A stretch of DNA of 64,000 nucleotides, from positions 24,738,001-24,802,000 of the forward strand of contig CM074518.1 of NCBI GenBank assembly GCA_037379345.1, given 5' to 3'. This document shows, piece after piece, positions 1 to 12,300 of this stretch; within the stretch, counting starts at the first letter, position 1, and each line of letters starts with the position of its first letter. Below the pieces are notes generated by a model. The model saw nothing but the letters and a program-made list of their open reading frames with translations, had not been told where the DNA came from and made no database searches. This stretch comes from Perna viridis (Eukaryota). Position numbers and translations under genes: made by a program.

Positions 1-334
1 GAAGCCAGCAATAATAGCAACAAGACAGCAAGAATTATCTCCCCTGCTATAGTACCAACAGTGGTAGGTGGCCAAGTTTGTGTTTCCTTCTGGTACCATA
101 TGTATGGTATTCATGTCAACAAGCTGACTATGTATGTACAAATGAATGGTGTTAGGAGTCAAATATGGCAGAAGGTTGGTAACCAAGGCAACAAATGGAT
201 CAACGGCAAAGTAGACGCTACTGTATACAATAATAATCAGATTGTATTTGAAGGAGCAACAGGAACCAGCTACATGGGAGACATTGCTCTGGACGATATT
301 TATATCTTTAATGGACCATGTCAATCCACATCAA
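1..334 (+). CDS. MALRD exon 1 in window (5'-truncated), C-terminal part of a MAM domain
   Basis: Frame 1 is open from base 1 ([15 protein letters not shown]...FWYHMYG...GDIALDD...CQSTS); donor GTATGT at 335. Confidence 0.9.
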
Positions 335-3300
335 GTATGTTATCAAAACCCTAGCGTCAAAAACTTCGAGACATGGAACATAAAATATTTTCTCAGATGA
401 CCTAGCAATCCAAATGTTATACATGATTTTTGTGGGCGGTTAAAACATTGATTGATGAAACATGAATTTCCCTCTAAATTATTTAAATTTGTCAGCTATT
501 TCAAATTGAATAAGTAATACAAATTTTGTTAGGTTTTTTTTTTTTTTTTTTTTTTCATTGAATGCATTTGAAATATACTAAAATAACAAACATTGATGTT
601 AAAAATTTTTCTTTTATTGGCTTTATCCTAAAATCTTTCTTTTTACCAATGACTAGAAAAACAGTACAATCTGATTTAAAAAAAAAAAATCTTTTTAGGT
701 TCCTGCGATTTTGAAACAACGTCTATCTGTGGATACCAACAAGCTATAGATGACACTTTTGATTGGTCGAGAGGAAGCAATGGAACATCTTCACGTGGAA
801 CTGGACCCAAAGCTGATCATACCTATGGCACACTAAGAGGTTTGTCTATTTTCTGCCTGATTAATAAGGTTAGAAGCATGAATTTTTTTTTCTGTGAGCA
901 CCAGTTGGTCTGTGTGTTTATGCCTAAGTTTGAAGCTTTTTTTTCTAAAAAGACTGATCAGTTTATGGTTTTTGGTGTTTTACTAATTAAAGTTAACTTG
1001 TAAACTTTCTATAATTTTTGTTCTGGCTCTGTATTGACATTGATGGGCTGCATTTTTTTTTATGTCAGTGGCTTTTCTTGTTACTGAGTCTTAAAATAAG
1101 CTGAATAAAACGAGAAAAAAAAAAAAAAAACAATGTAACAAATAAATTAAATAACAAATTACCAGTTCAAACATTTTCTCAAGGCTAACTAGAATTAATT
1201 TCTTTCTTCTTGTGACTTTCTTTGTCTTTTCTGAGAATGCATTAATACCCACTTAGTTCAACATATGTATGATATGAATATATCAAAGAAATACACTCAT
1301 CACTTTTATGAGAGCAATCAAGAGTGAAGGGAAATGCTTAATTCCGTTATTGATTTTCAAGAAAAAACTGCCTGAGATCCTAGAATTTTACCTGAAATGA
1401 GTTAATTTAACAATTAAGAAAAATGTCTCATTAATCTAATTTTGTTGCTTTGTAGGTCACTACATGTATATAGAATCATCTGCACCTCGTCGTCAAGGAG
1501 ACAAGGCACGGCTGGTTTCACCTAAGTTTCCAGCAACCACTGGCAAGTGCTTGACCTTCTGGTTCCATATGTATGGACCAAGTATTGGAATTCTCAATGT
1601 TTACCAAAGCACATACAACCGACTCGGTCAGGCGATCATCATCCTTCAGGGCAACAAAGGCAATAGATGGCAGATTGCTCAGATGTCTATTACCTCACAG
1701 ACACCATATCAAGTATGTCTTAGAATTTTGGTTAGAAAAAATGTTTCAGATTCTGAGTTGAATGTGATAGGCTAGAATAAACAAATGAGAGACTCAAGTT
1801 ATAGACAGTTAACTCAACCTACAATGTGTGTTCATTTATTAATCAATCTTTTTTCCCATAAAGTTTTCATGTTTTCACAATTTTCTTTGAATAAAAGAAT
1901 GTGATAAGATATCATGGATATGAAGCATGGTCAGTTAACAAATCAAAATGGGAATGTACTGTCATTTTTCATAGAATTTCTCAATAACTCATTACAGTTG
2001 TATTGAGGATTGCATACATATGCTTTTTTCAGTTTTTTCTTTTCTTTTTTCTTTTTTTTTCAAATATTTTATGAAAATAAGTTGTGAAACTTCAGATTTT
2101 GTTTTCTTCAACATTATGTTAAGAAAATTTATTTCATTTTTCATTAAGATTGTGTTTGAAGGAATTAGAGGAAATGGTTACCAAGGAGACATTGCTATTG
2201 ATGATATAAAATTGACAGATGGGCAGTGTGCTGGTGCTGGCACCTGTGACTTTGAGAAAGATACCTGTGGCTGGACACAAAGACAAGATGATAAATTTGA
2301 TTGGATTAGAGCAAGAGGGAGAACTCCATCTGCTAGAACAGGACCTACAAGTGACCATTCAACAGGATCTGGTCAGTAAAATGTTTCAAATCTGACTATA
2401 TTCACATTTATGGCCTTAATCCAGGATTTATACATTGACAGTTGTCCAAACTCTTAACAGGAGATTAAGATTAAATTTTCTTCTATCATTTGAGTCCCTT
2501 GCAAAAAAGTGTCTCCCCCCATTTCCTTCTATGTATTTTTGGAACAACATAAAGATAGATAATTAAAGTAAATTTCTTAACTTAAGATTTCATCTTATAT
2601 CTTCAGGTTATTACATGTACATTGAATCAAGTGCACCCAGACGACCAGGTGACAATGCTGTTCTTCAGTCTCAAAATATAGCAAATGCCAACACTTACTG
2701 TTTCAAATACTGGTACAATATGAATGGTGCTACTGTTGGTTCACTCACAGTTTCCATGAAGATGTCAGTAAACAATAGTATACAGGCCCTCAAGTCAATT
2801 AACGGTTCACAAGGAACCGGTTGGAAACAGGCTATTGTCCCCATCAATGGGGCTTATTCTGACTTCACTGTGAGTTATTAAAAATGTAATGGTTTACCTT
2901 GTTTATGGTGTCTGCATTTTTCAATCAGATTTCAGATATTTCTCAGGGTTTTTGAGTTATGAGGGGTCAAAGGGGCCACACCCAAAAAAATTGACTTTTT
3001 TGTTTTTGTTGCGATTTCAAATTTTCTTTTAATTGGATTCCTTTTAAAAATACCCAGCCTGCGTTTTTCTATCTGATTTCAGATATCTCTTACTAATTAC
3101 TAGTTATATGGGGTCGAAGGGGTCACACCTGAAGAAATCTACTTTTTGTATATTTGGTCTGATTTTGAAATTTATAATTTAATTTAAAATTTTGTGCAAT
3201 ATAAGGTCCAAACCATTTGATATATCCATAATAGATTGTAAGTCCTTGTACTTAAGTGTGTCAAAAACTAATATTGTGTCCACACTTATCCAACTGTTCA

Positions 3301-6300
3301 GGATTTGACTACCGCTGTCGTATTATGCTACACTTGCCAAAGCTCTTTATTATAATTTGTATTTCTCTACAGATTTTGGTTGAGGGAAGGACAGGAAGTA
3401 GTTACACAGGTGATATTGCAGTTGATGACTTCCAGTTGAGTCCATTTGCGTGTAGTACAGGTAATAAAAGTTCACTCTGCTGTAAACTCGGAAATTATTC
3501 CTGATGTAGCAATTTTTAAAAAATCCCAAAAATTTATACTTTTACAGTATCAAAATTGCAATTATGAATATTACCATTATTTTTTTTAATCAATAGGTTT
3601 TTACATTGTAATTAGGAATGGATTATCTGATTTCTACTATCAAAGTACAATAAACAGTATAATCTGTGTATACTTAACTCGGAATAATCTGAAAATCTTT
3701 CTAAATCAGATACTTTTTTATGTCCTTGTATACCAGTTAAAACATATTCTGAACCTCTGTAAACTGAACAATTGTCTAAACTAAACCAATCCAAATGTGA
3801 AAAACTGGTTTGGTTCAGACAGGTGTGAATGTAGTTAAATCATGGTATTTTCAGCAAGAGGTTAACAAGTTTTTAAAATACTGTAACTATCCATACTGGA
3901 GAAATTTAATGTGAGATGCTCTTTCTCTAATTTCTAAATGCAGAAAGATTTGAAATTGAAGTTAAAAATCTCCCAACCTCTGGACATAAGTTCATGAAGC
4001 AAAATGTCATGTTTTGATGACATTACATTAGAAGCAAACCAATCATATGCTGAGAACGAAAACCTCACCTGAGATTTCCAGTATTTACACAATGAGTTGA
4101 GAGATGGTTTAAATCACTGCTGCTGGTAGCTAGAGAAAATTTTTGTTTACTTTTTTCTGTAGTAAACACTTCGAGCAACACATTTAATTGCCAAGATGGA
4201 CGAGGAACTACAATTCCTATGAACAAAGTCTGTGACTTCAAACATGACTGTCCAAATGTCCAGGATGAAAGCAGATGTGGTAAGGTTCTATGATATTTTT
4301 TTTGTAAAGCAGAATTTCCTTTATAATATGAAGGTTGGGATCATGTGATTTTATGCTATTTACAAAATATGTTCCCCTCTTTCAAGGGCATACATACTTT
4401 ATAAATAAACAGAAACTTTAATTTTAGCCTGATTGCAAATGATATAAAGTTTGTTTTAAATAGTTTAGAATAAAAACTGTATGTTGTATTACTTAAATTC
4501 AGCTGTATAGATGCTTTCAGTTTCCATATTTGGACATTGATCATTTACCAATTGGTTATCAATATACAGACCAGTGACTAGAGGCTTTTTACAGTCACAT
4601 AACTTTGGTTGTCAATATACAAACCAGTGACTAGTGGCTTTTTACAGTCTTATGACTTTGGTTGTCAATATACAGACCAATGACTAGTGGTTTTTTATAG
4701 TCGCATGACTAATTACAACATCAGCAATTGTTATTCGTCTGCTAAATATCAGTCAGCAGTATATAGGTCGACAATCCGATAAGTGCATCAGGGATGCTTT
4801 TCTTCCCCTATATATTGATACATAATATTTTTTTTTAAATTTTTGTCTGTTTACATTTTCGTGTTGTTTCTGGTGAAAATCATGTCTCATACAAACATTT
4901 ATAAGTTCAGGAACTGTATGTACAAGTCAAGTGCTTTGCATTGTAGGAGCTTGTTCTTTTGAAACTGATTTCTGCTCCTGGACCTCTGTTGGAGGAGGAG
5001 CCTTTACATGGTCAAGGGGAGGTAACCAAACTGCTACTGCTAATACTGGCCCAAGATTTGACCACACTGTTGGAAACTCTGGGGGTAAGTCTTTACACAC
5101 TTTTCATCTGTCTGTCTGTCCATCTGACATAATGATTATGATGTTTTGGCTGGAGAACATCTGAGAGGGAAATTATTGAATTTGTTTCACAGTGAATTAT
5201 CGAAATATTTTAGGGAAGATGCAATAAATCATTGTTATCTGTATAATAAAATATTTTATTTAATGTTAATGAGTACAGTATTATAAATTCAATGCTGTGA
5301 AATCTGTCTAAACCTAACCCTGAAAAAAATTGAAAAAATGAAAACTGATCCAAACTAAACTACTGAAAATGTTTTATTTTTGTCATTGATAAAATGCATT
5401 TTAAACCTGTTTACACCAAAATTTACATAAAGAAAATAACACTAAAGGGGTTCTGTTTTGTGGTGTCTGATTTTGGTCTGATGAACACTGTTGACCACTA
5501 GTGTTCTAATAAGATAAATGACTTGTAAAAATTTTGATTATTCCACTAGGTCATTACATCTATGTTGATGCTAGTCAGGGAACACTAAATAGCCAAGCTG
5601 AAATTGATGGACCTTTACTTCAGCAATGCAGCTCTACCTGTCAAATCTCGTTCTGGTATCATATGTATGGATCAGGTAAGGGATATTCCATTAAAAAGTT
5701 ATTTAGGGATAGATCAGATATGGACAATCTCTTTAAAATGTATTCAGAGGCAGATCATGTATGGGTTTTTCCATTTAAAAATTATTTTTGGGTAGATCAG
5801 ATAAGAGCTATGAGGTAAAAGCTGTTTAATTTAATGTGTATTTATGGTTGTATCAGGTTTAGAGCAGTAACATTATGTAATACTAGACCATGTTAGTGAT
5901 ATTTTGTTACATATTTAGATCAGGTAATATTTTTTTCCATTTAACTTGTACTTATGAATAAAGCAGTTTAGGACTATTCCTTTTAAAATTTACATTTCAA
6001 GCAATCCTTTGGGAAAAAACCTGCTTCATCTTAATCACCCTTCATTGTCTTATAGTAAGTGCAGCCCCTGAACCAATCCTGGCAACTATTTGACAAATCA
6101 ACAACAGGTTTGAAACTGATCCTTGATCGATGACTGATAACAATCATAGTTGCATGTATTGGTTCAGGTTCTAGATAATATATTATTTTGATTTTTCTGT
6201 CAGGAATTGGAACATTAAGAGTATTAATCAATGTTGGAAACAGAAACACAGAAATCTGGAGAAAATCTGGTAACCAAGGAAACAAATGGATCAAAGCAAC

Positions 6301-9300
6301 AGTTGACATCGGCAGAGTTGCGGAGCCATTCAGTGTAAGTGACTATCACTATTTGTTATTCACCTGCCTGTGGAGCCTCATTTAAAGGATTTCCATTTTC
6401 TTAAACCAAAGTCCAACATGTAGGGCATATGATAGGTTGTGAATTGTATGGAAATTTTGTCTTTGTCTAAAATCAACTTCTGTGTAGGGTAGTGACAACA
6501 ACTCATTGTAAGTATGAGTTATGATGTACTGTGATTCTCAGCCCTGCATGGAAACAACAGGGATGGATTTTTCATACGATGAGGACATAACTTTTTTGTA
6601 GGTTTATACTGGTTTGGAGCTGGCATGTCAGTTAACTGTTAGTAGTCCTTAGTTCATGTATATTTGTATTTACATTCAGTTTCTTTATTTCCCTTGTAAC
6701 AAGGGACTGGACCTTTTTTGAACTGATTTTTAGGGGTGCTTAATTGTGTAACATTTTTTCCACAGTGGCTAAATTTTAAAGGGAGGTTGAGATCATGACA
6801 AAGTGTTTTAACCCCGCTGCATTTTTGTGTTTTTTTGGGCTGTCTGCAGCCTGCCCTGTGGTATGAGAGTTTCCTCATTGTTTCATTGAAGACCAATGAG
6901 TGGCCTTGAGAATGATATTTTTATGCCGGTGGGGTTATTGTTTCTTTAACATATGCAGCATACCTGTTCTCGTTATATTATATTGTGCATTCCCAAATAA
7001 CCCCCCATGTTGTGGGTGTAAAATGAGACATCATGTAACTGAAGATACTTTTTTGTGGAAGCTAGTAGAGGTCATGTCATTTATTGTTGACTTGGATGTG
7101 TGTGTTCAATTGGTTTGAATAATGTGAAAAAAAAATTTAACAAATGTAAAATGTTGAAATAAACCCTGCAAAGGCCTGATTTAATACTCCAAAACTGAAA
7201 CTGTTCTCCTAATTTGAAAATTTTAATTTTTTTTTCAAATTCACAACTTTGGCTACCTGGTAATTTATAACATTTATAAGTGACATTAACTTTTTCATAG
7301 ATGGCTTTCCGTGCTACCAGAACTTACAGTGTACAGGGAGACATTGCCCTTGATGACATTCAGATGGTGAATTGTAACTTCCCTGCTGTACAGCAGTCCT
7401 GCCGCCCAACGAGTCAGTTCAGATGTACACGTGGAGCATGTGTGGCTAAGAATACTGTGTGTGACTTTACTGATGACTGTGGGGACAATAGTGATGAAGT
7501 CAACTGCAGTATGTTATAGACCTTTTTGTGAGAACTGTGGGATAGTCCATGAGCATGCTCAATATACACTTCTGGAAGGAAAATTAATTTGTTCTCCCCC
7601 AAACCCTACTGTCTGGAAGTGTATCTCACATATCACAAGAAAGAGTTTAGCAATTTGTCAAGTATTGTGGGGAAATAAAAGGGTTTGGGTCTGGGTAAAT
7701 TTAAATTTTTAAAAACTTCAAGAAAAAGATTTATCTTGCAAGTAAGTAAGGAGTGTAATCTCATTGAAAATTATATATATTTTATATTAAATAGAATGGA
7801 TTCATATTAAAACTGAATGATTTCTATACATTTAGCTCTTTGCCAATTTCAGATAATTTCCCTGGACGATGCTCCTTTGAAACCAGTATTTGTGGATGGA
7901 GCCAAGATAATTCTGACACTTTTGATTGGATAAGAGCAACTGATCATACAGCCAGTGCTGGAACAGGTCCATCTAGAGACCACACCAGAGGAACTTCTAA
8001 TGGTATGTAGTAGACTTGTATGATAAACTCCATGTTGACCTTGATTCCTATTCTATGGGATTTTGTTTTTTATCACTTAATTGAAAGATAAAGAAAACTT
8101 TCATCACAAAAATCATAGCTGCCATTGGACAGATCTATTTCAGATTTGTATAATTGGGCCATCTGATCATGGGGCATACATTGTCAAAGATTTTTGTTGC
8201 TGTCTAACATAAACTTTTTGTACCATGGTAGTGGAAGTATATTTAGCATTTCCTTGTATGCAACTTTTTATGTACTCTGAACTTGAAAGAACCTTAAATG
8301 TAATTACCAGTTGCAAAAAACTGTTTTATTGATGACATTACAAACTAAAATTTTACTTAATTGAGGTTTAATAATTTTTTTTTGTTTTTAAAGGTTACTA
8401 CATGTATATTGAGTCATCAAGACCAAGAAAACAAGGAGACAAGGCCAGATTGGTCAGTTCTACAATGGCTAGAAAAGGAGGAAGTAGTGTTTGTACTGTA
8501 AGTGATAGCATCTTATAAGGTTAAAGGTCAACTGGAAATGGAACTATGCGTCAATCTATATTTGTTTCTTATAACAGAAGTTCCAATGGAACATTTCTTA
8601 AAAATTATTTTATAATGAAAAATCCTTTAAGAACATTTGTTATATTAGGTTTATTCTGTTAGGAAGATCTCACTAAAAAATAAAATTGAATTGCACGTGA
8701 ACTTAAGGTATGATCCAGACCTTTGTACTACATTGTAAGGCCAGACCTCCAATACATTATGGAGTACCAGAATTACACTAAGAAATAATGATGTAATGGA
8801 ATTTTTTGTGAAGTTACACAATGGAATCAAATGCATTGTGAAAGCTAAAAAGTATGAAGTGATTTCAACTCTTTGCTTCTTAGTATGATTAAAGTGGAAA
8901 TAAATGTAGAAAGCAATGTAACCAGAGTACTTCAGTGGAGTTTTAATAAGCCATTCTTTTGACATTGTGGCATACTATTGTCTATCTGTCATAATAACTT
9001 GATGATGCTTTGACTTATTTAAATAGAATTTTTATATACTTGTTTGTCAACCTAGAGAAAAGTTTTTTTTTTTTTTTTAATTATTGAATTTCATTTCCAA
9101 GTCTTTAAACATTTAACATTTCGTGTGATTTAGCACAGCTGTTTATCATTATTTGGATTGAGGAACTGTTTTTAAGTGCTGTTCTCAGATTTTCACGTAA
9201 TTTCATTGTTTCTATTCAACTTATGACATGATTCAATTTCTTTTAGTTCCGAATGTACTATCACATGTTTGGTAACGGAATCGGAAGCTTGAATGTGTAC

Positions 9301-12300
9301 ACACGTACCTCTATTGGTGGTCCTCTCAAATTGGTATGGTCAAAGTCAGGAAATATCGGTGACTTCTTTGAGAGAGCAGACATCCAAATTTTGCAAGCCA
9401 ATTCTTTCCAAGTAAGTCAAATAATCGCATTATGCCTTAAAATTTGTATAACTGTAATGATTTATGGACACATGTTGGTGAAAAAAAAAAAAGATATAAA
9501 GATATACTGTCGAACCTCGTTAAGTTGAAGTCGTAAGGACCATGCAAAAATGTTCGAGTTATCCGAGGTTTGAGTAATCCGAGGTCGAGAATGAACCGGA
9601 AATACTAGTAGCTTGGTCCATGATTGTTTCTGTATTTACATCATTTGTTATGCTTGTACATGTACATGTGCTTCACTTTACACAGTATCTGTAATGTCAT
9701 ACATTTCATATCGGAAGATATTTTTTTGTATGTATATCATGTTTAAAATACTGAATGGCAGTGAGCATGAAATTTCCTTTTTACTTTTTTCTATATCAAA
9801 AGCGTCATAGTTCATAACATCTGCTTTGTTTGATTCACAATCAGGAGTATCTTCAAACCATGTGCTCTACAATATTACTATAAAAATTCAGATTCACTAG
9901 TGAAACGAATGTAGTCATTGAAATACTTTTACTATCGTCTATTTGATGTTTCATTAAATAGTCAGATACCCTTACAACTCATCTGTATTTTTAAAAAAAA
10001 TTCAAAATATCTGATATCCCTGTTAGTGTAAATTCCGATGTGTTATTAATAAAATTCGTTTCTTTTAACAACACACGCAATTTTAAATTAATTAAATAAA
10101 CAAATCAAACCATAAAGAGTGTCAACAAATTAATTCTAATACCCACACTAATTGTTGTTAAAACACACTTCGATCATGGTTTTTAATAAAACAATCCTTT
10201 TTCTGACTAATTAGTTGACTTCGAGACATCAGGGTTAATTAACCTCGAAGTCCTATCGATGGGACTGATTGATTGCCTCGAGTTATGCGAGGTTTCGATT
10301 CATCCGAGGTAAAATTGTGTTGGAGTAAGGGGAGTTTTGTTGAGACTTTGTAAGAAGTTCGAGTTATCTGAGATTTCGACTAATCCGAGTTCAACATATC
10401 GAGGTTCGACTGTAACATTGCAGGAAAAAGTGCAACAAGTAACTTCATATGATTTACAAGATATGGGAAGACATGTTTTAGACTGATCTGCAAATATGTT
10501 TTTGTGTTTATAAAGCCCTTAGAAACTAATATTTTCTAAAATTATTTGGGAAAGATACTTTTACATACATTAAATCCTTTATAATTACCATTTGATTGTT
10601 ATTTTCTTGTTTTTCATGTATTAATTTGTTAGTCCTAAACATATTAAAAACATAGGTTGCAATTTTTTCTGTTTGGTGAAGCAAAGTTATTCGAAATTGT
10701 CAATGAAATAAAACCACCCAGTAGTTAAATTCATTAGAAAGGTCCCTTTAACCTTCTGCTAGGGATGGGAGTCATCTAAATGGTACCCTCTAGCCTCTAT
10801 AAATGGTACCCTCTAGCCTCTAGTAAATATCAAAGCCTCTGGCCTCTAGTAAATATTAGATTCAACAAGGAGGCACCCTTTAACCTCAAGCAAAGACCTA
10901 TTTACATCAAGAGGACACCTATAGACTCTAGCAAAAAATTGAATTTTTCCAAATTTTACCCTCAAATGTACAGGAAAGAGTAGGATTCACTGTAGAAGAT
11001 ATTCTCTATAGTATAGTCTCTATTTCATCAAGAAACTATGAGGAGATATGTAAATGAACAGGTAGACAGACTTAGTTTGCAGAAGGGGGAAAAGAAAGTG
11101 TGACAACTTATATTTTGCTCAGATATCACATATGTTACTTCTTTTACTGGAATCATTACAATGCCTTGATAGGTAGATCAAATTCAGATACTTTTTTGAC
11201 GTGGTTTTGGGGCTATCCCATATCAATAAAAGTGGCACATATGGACTCAACACAAGAAAACTGTTATTGATGTGTATACTTTCTTTTTAGGTTGTTATAG
11301 AGGGGGTTGTAGGCAGAACGTACACTGGTGACATTGCTATCGATGATGTTTCATTCTCTGATGGATGTGTTTCTGTTACATGTAAGTTTTTGTTAAATAT
11401 TAATCTGCTAAGAATCTTTCAATATTAGCTAGGAATCAATATTCAATTAATTTGTAATGGTTGTCATTAGTTTGTTAAGGGCTGCATTTTGGGGATTTGG
11501 AGTTTACCCTCTGTGTGTTTAGTGGAAATTTTACGTATTGTTGAATTTTAATTCTTAGCTCGATAGAACCATTATAACCATGAAAATCAGTATGATGTAA
11601 TCATATTCTGAATATAATTTCAGCAAGTACCTTGCCAACTGGTACCCCAGGACCAGTAACCACTCCAAACCCATGTGGAGCCAACAATACTGTGTGTGTA
11701 AGTGATGGGAAATGTATACCCAGCTTCCAAGTGTGTGACTTCCTGTACCAGTGTGCTGATAGATCAGATGAAGCCAACTGTGGTGAGGTCAAAATTTAGC
11801 ACATGCAAAGGGATGTTCTCATAATTATGGCATTGTTTTATTACTGCCAAAAATTGAAACTTGCATCTTAAATTAGTTATTTATATTTAACCATCTTTGA
11901 TGTAATCAGATCTCTCTGGAAAAGGTCAAATTAGCTTATTTGATTTACTTCAAGTATCAGTGGGAATGCTGGCCATGTAATTTCCATTATCAGAATTTTA
12001 AAAAGTTTTGTCTTTTTAGTAACAAGAATTTGTAGGTCTAATTGCTTCATGTTTTGAATTATGTCTGGCAAAAAAAAATGGAACAACGAACAAAAGAAGC
12101 AAAACTAAAACATAAATGACAAATTGTTCGTGTACATGTATTGGAATTTTTTCTCCAGGCGTCGGTTTCACAAAAAGTAGTAAGTGTGAAATTAATCGTA
12201 AATCATGACGTCACAATGCTATTTTATTTTATGACGTCATTTCTTACGATCAATTTTACACTTATGACTTTTTGTGAAACTGACACCTGGAGATTTATGC

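Noticed and set aside
6590-6990. Possible SINE-like dispersed repeat remnant in a MALRD intron
   Set aside because: It looks familiar, but it has no second copy in the window and no definable termini, so I cannot support it from the sequence alone.
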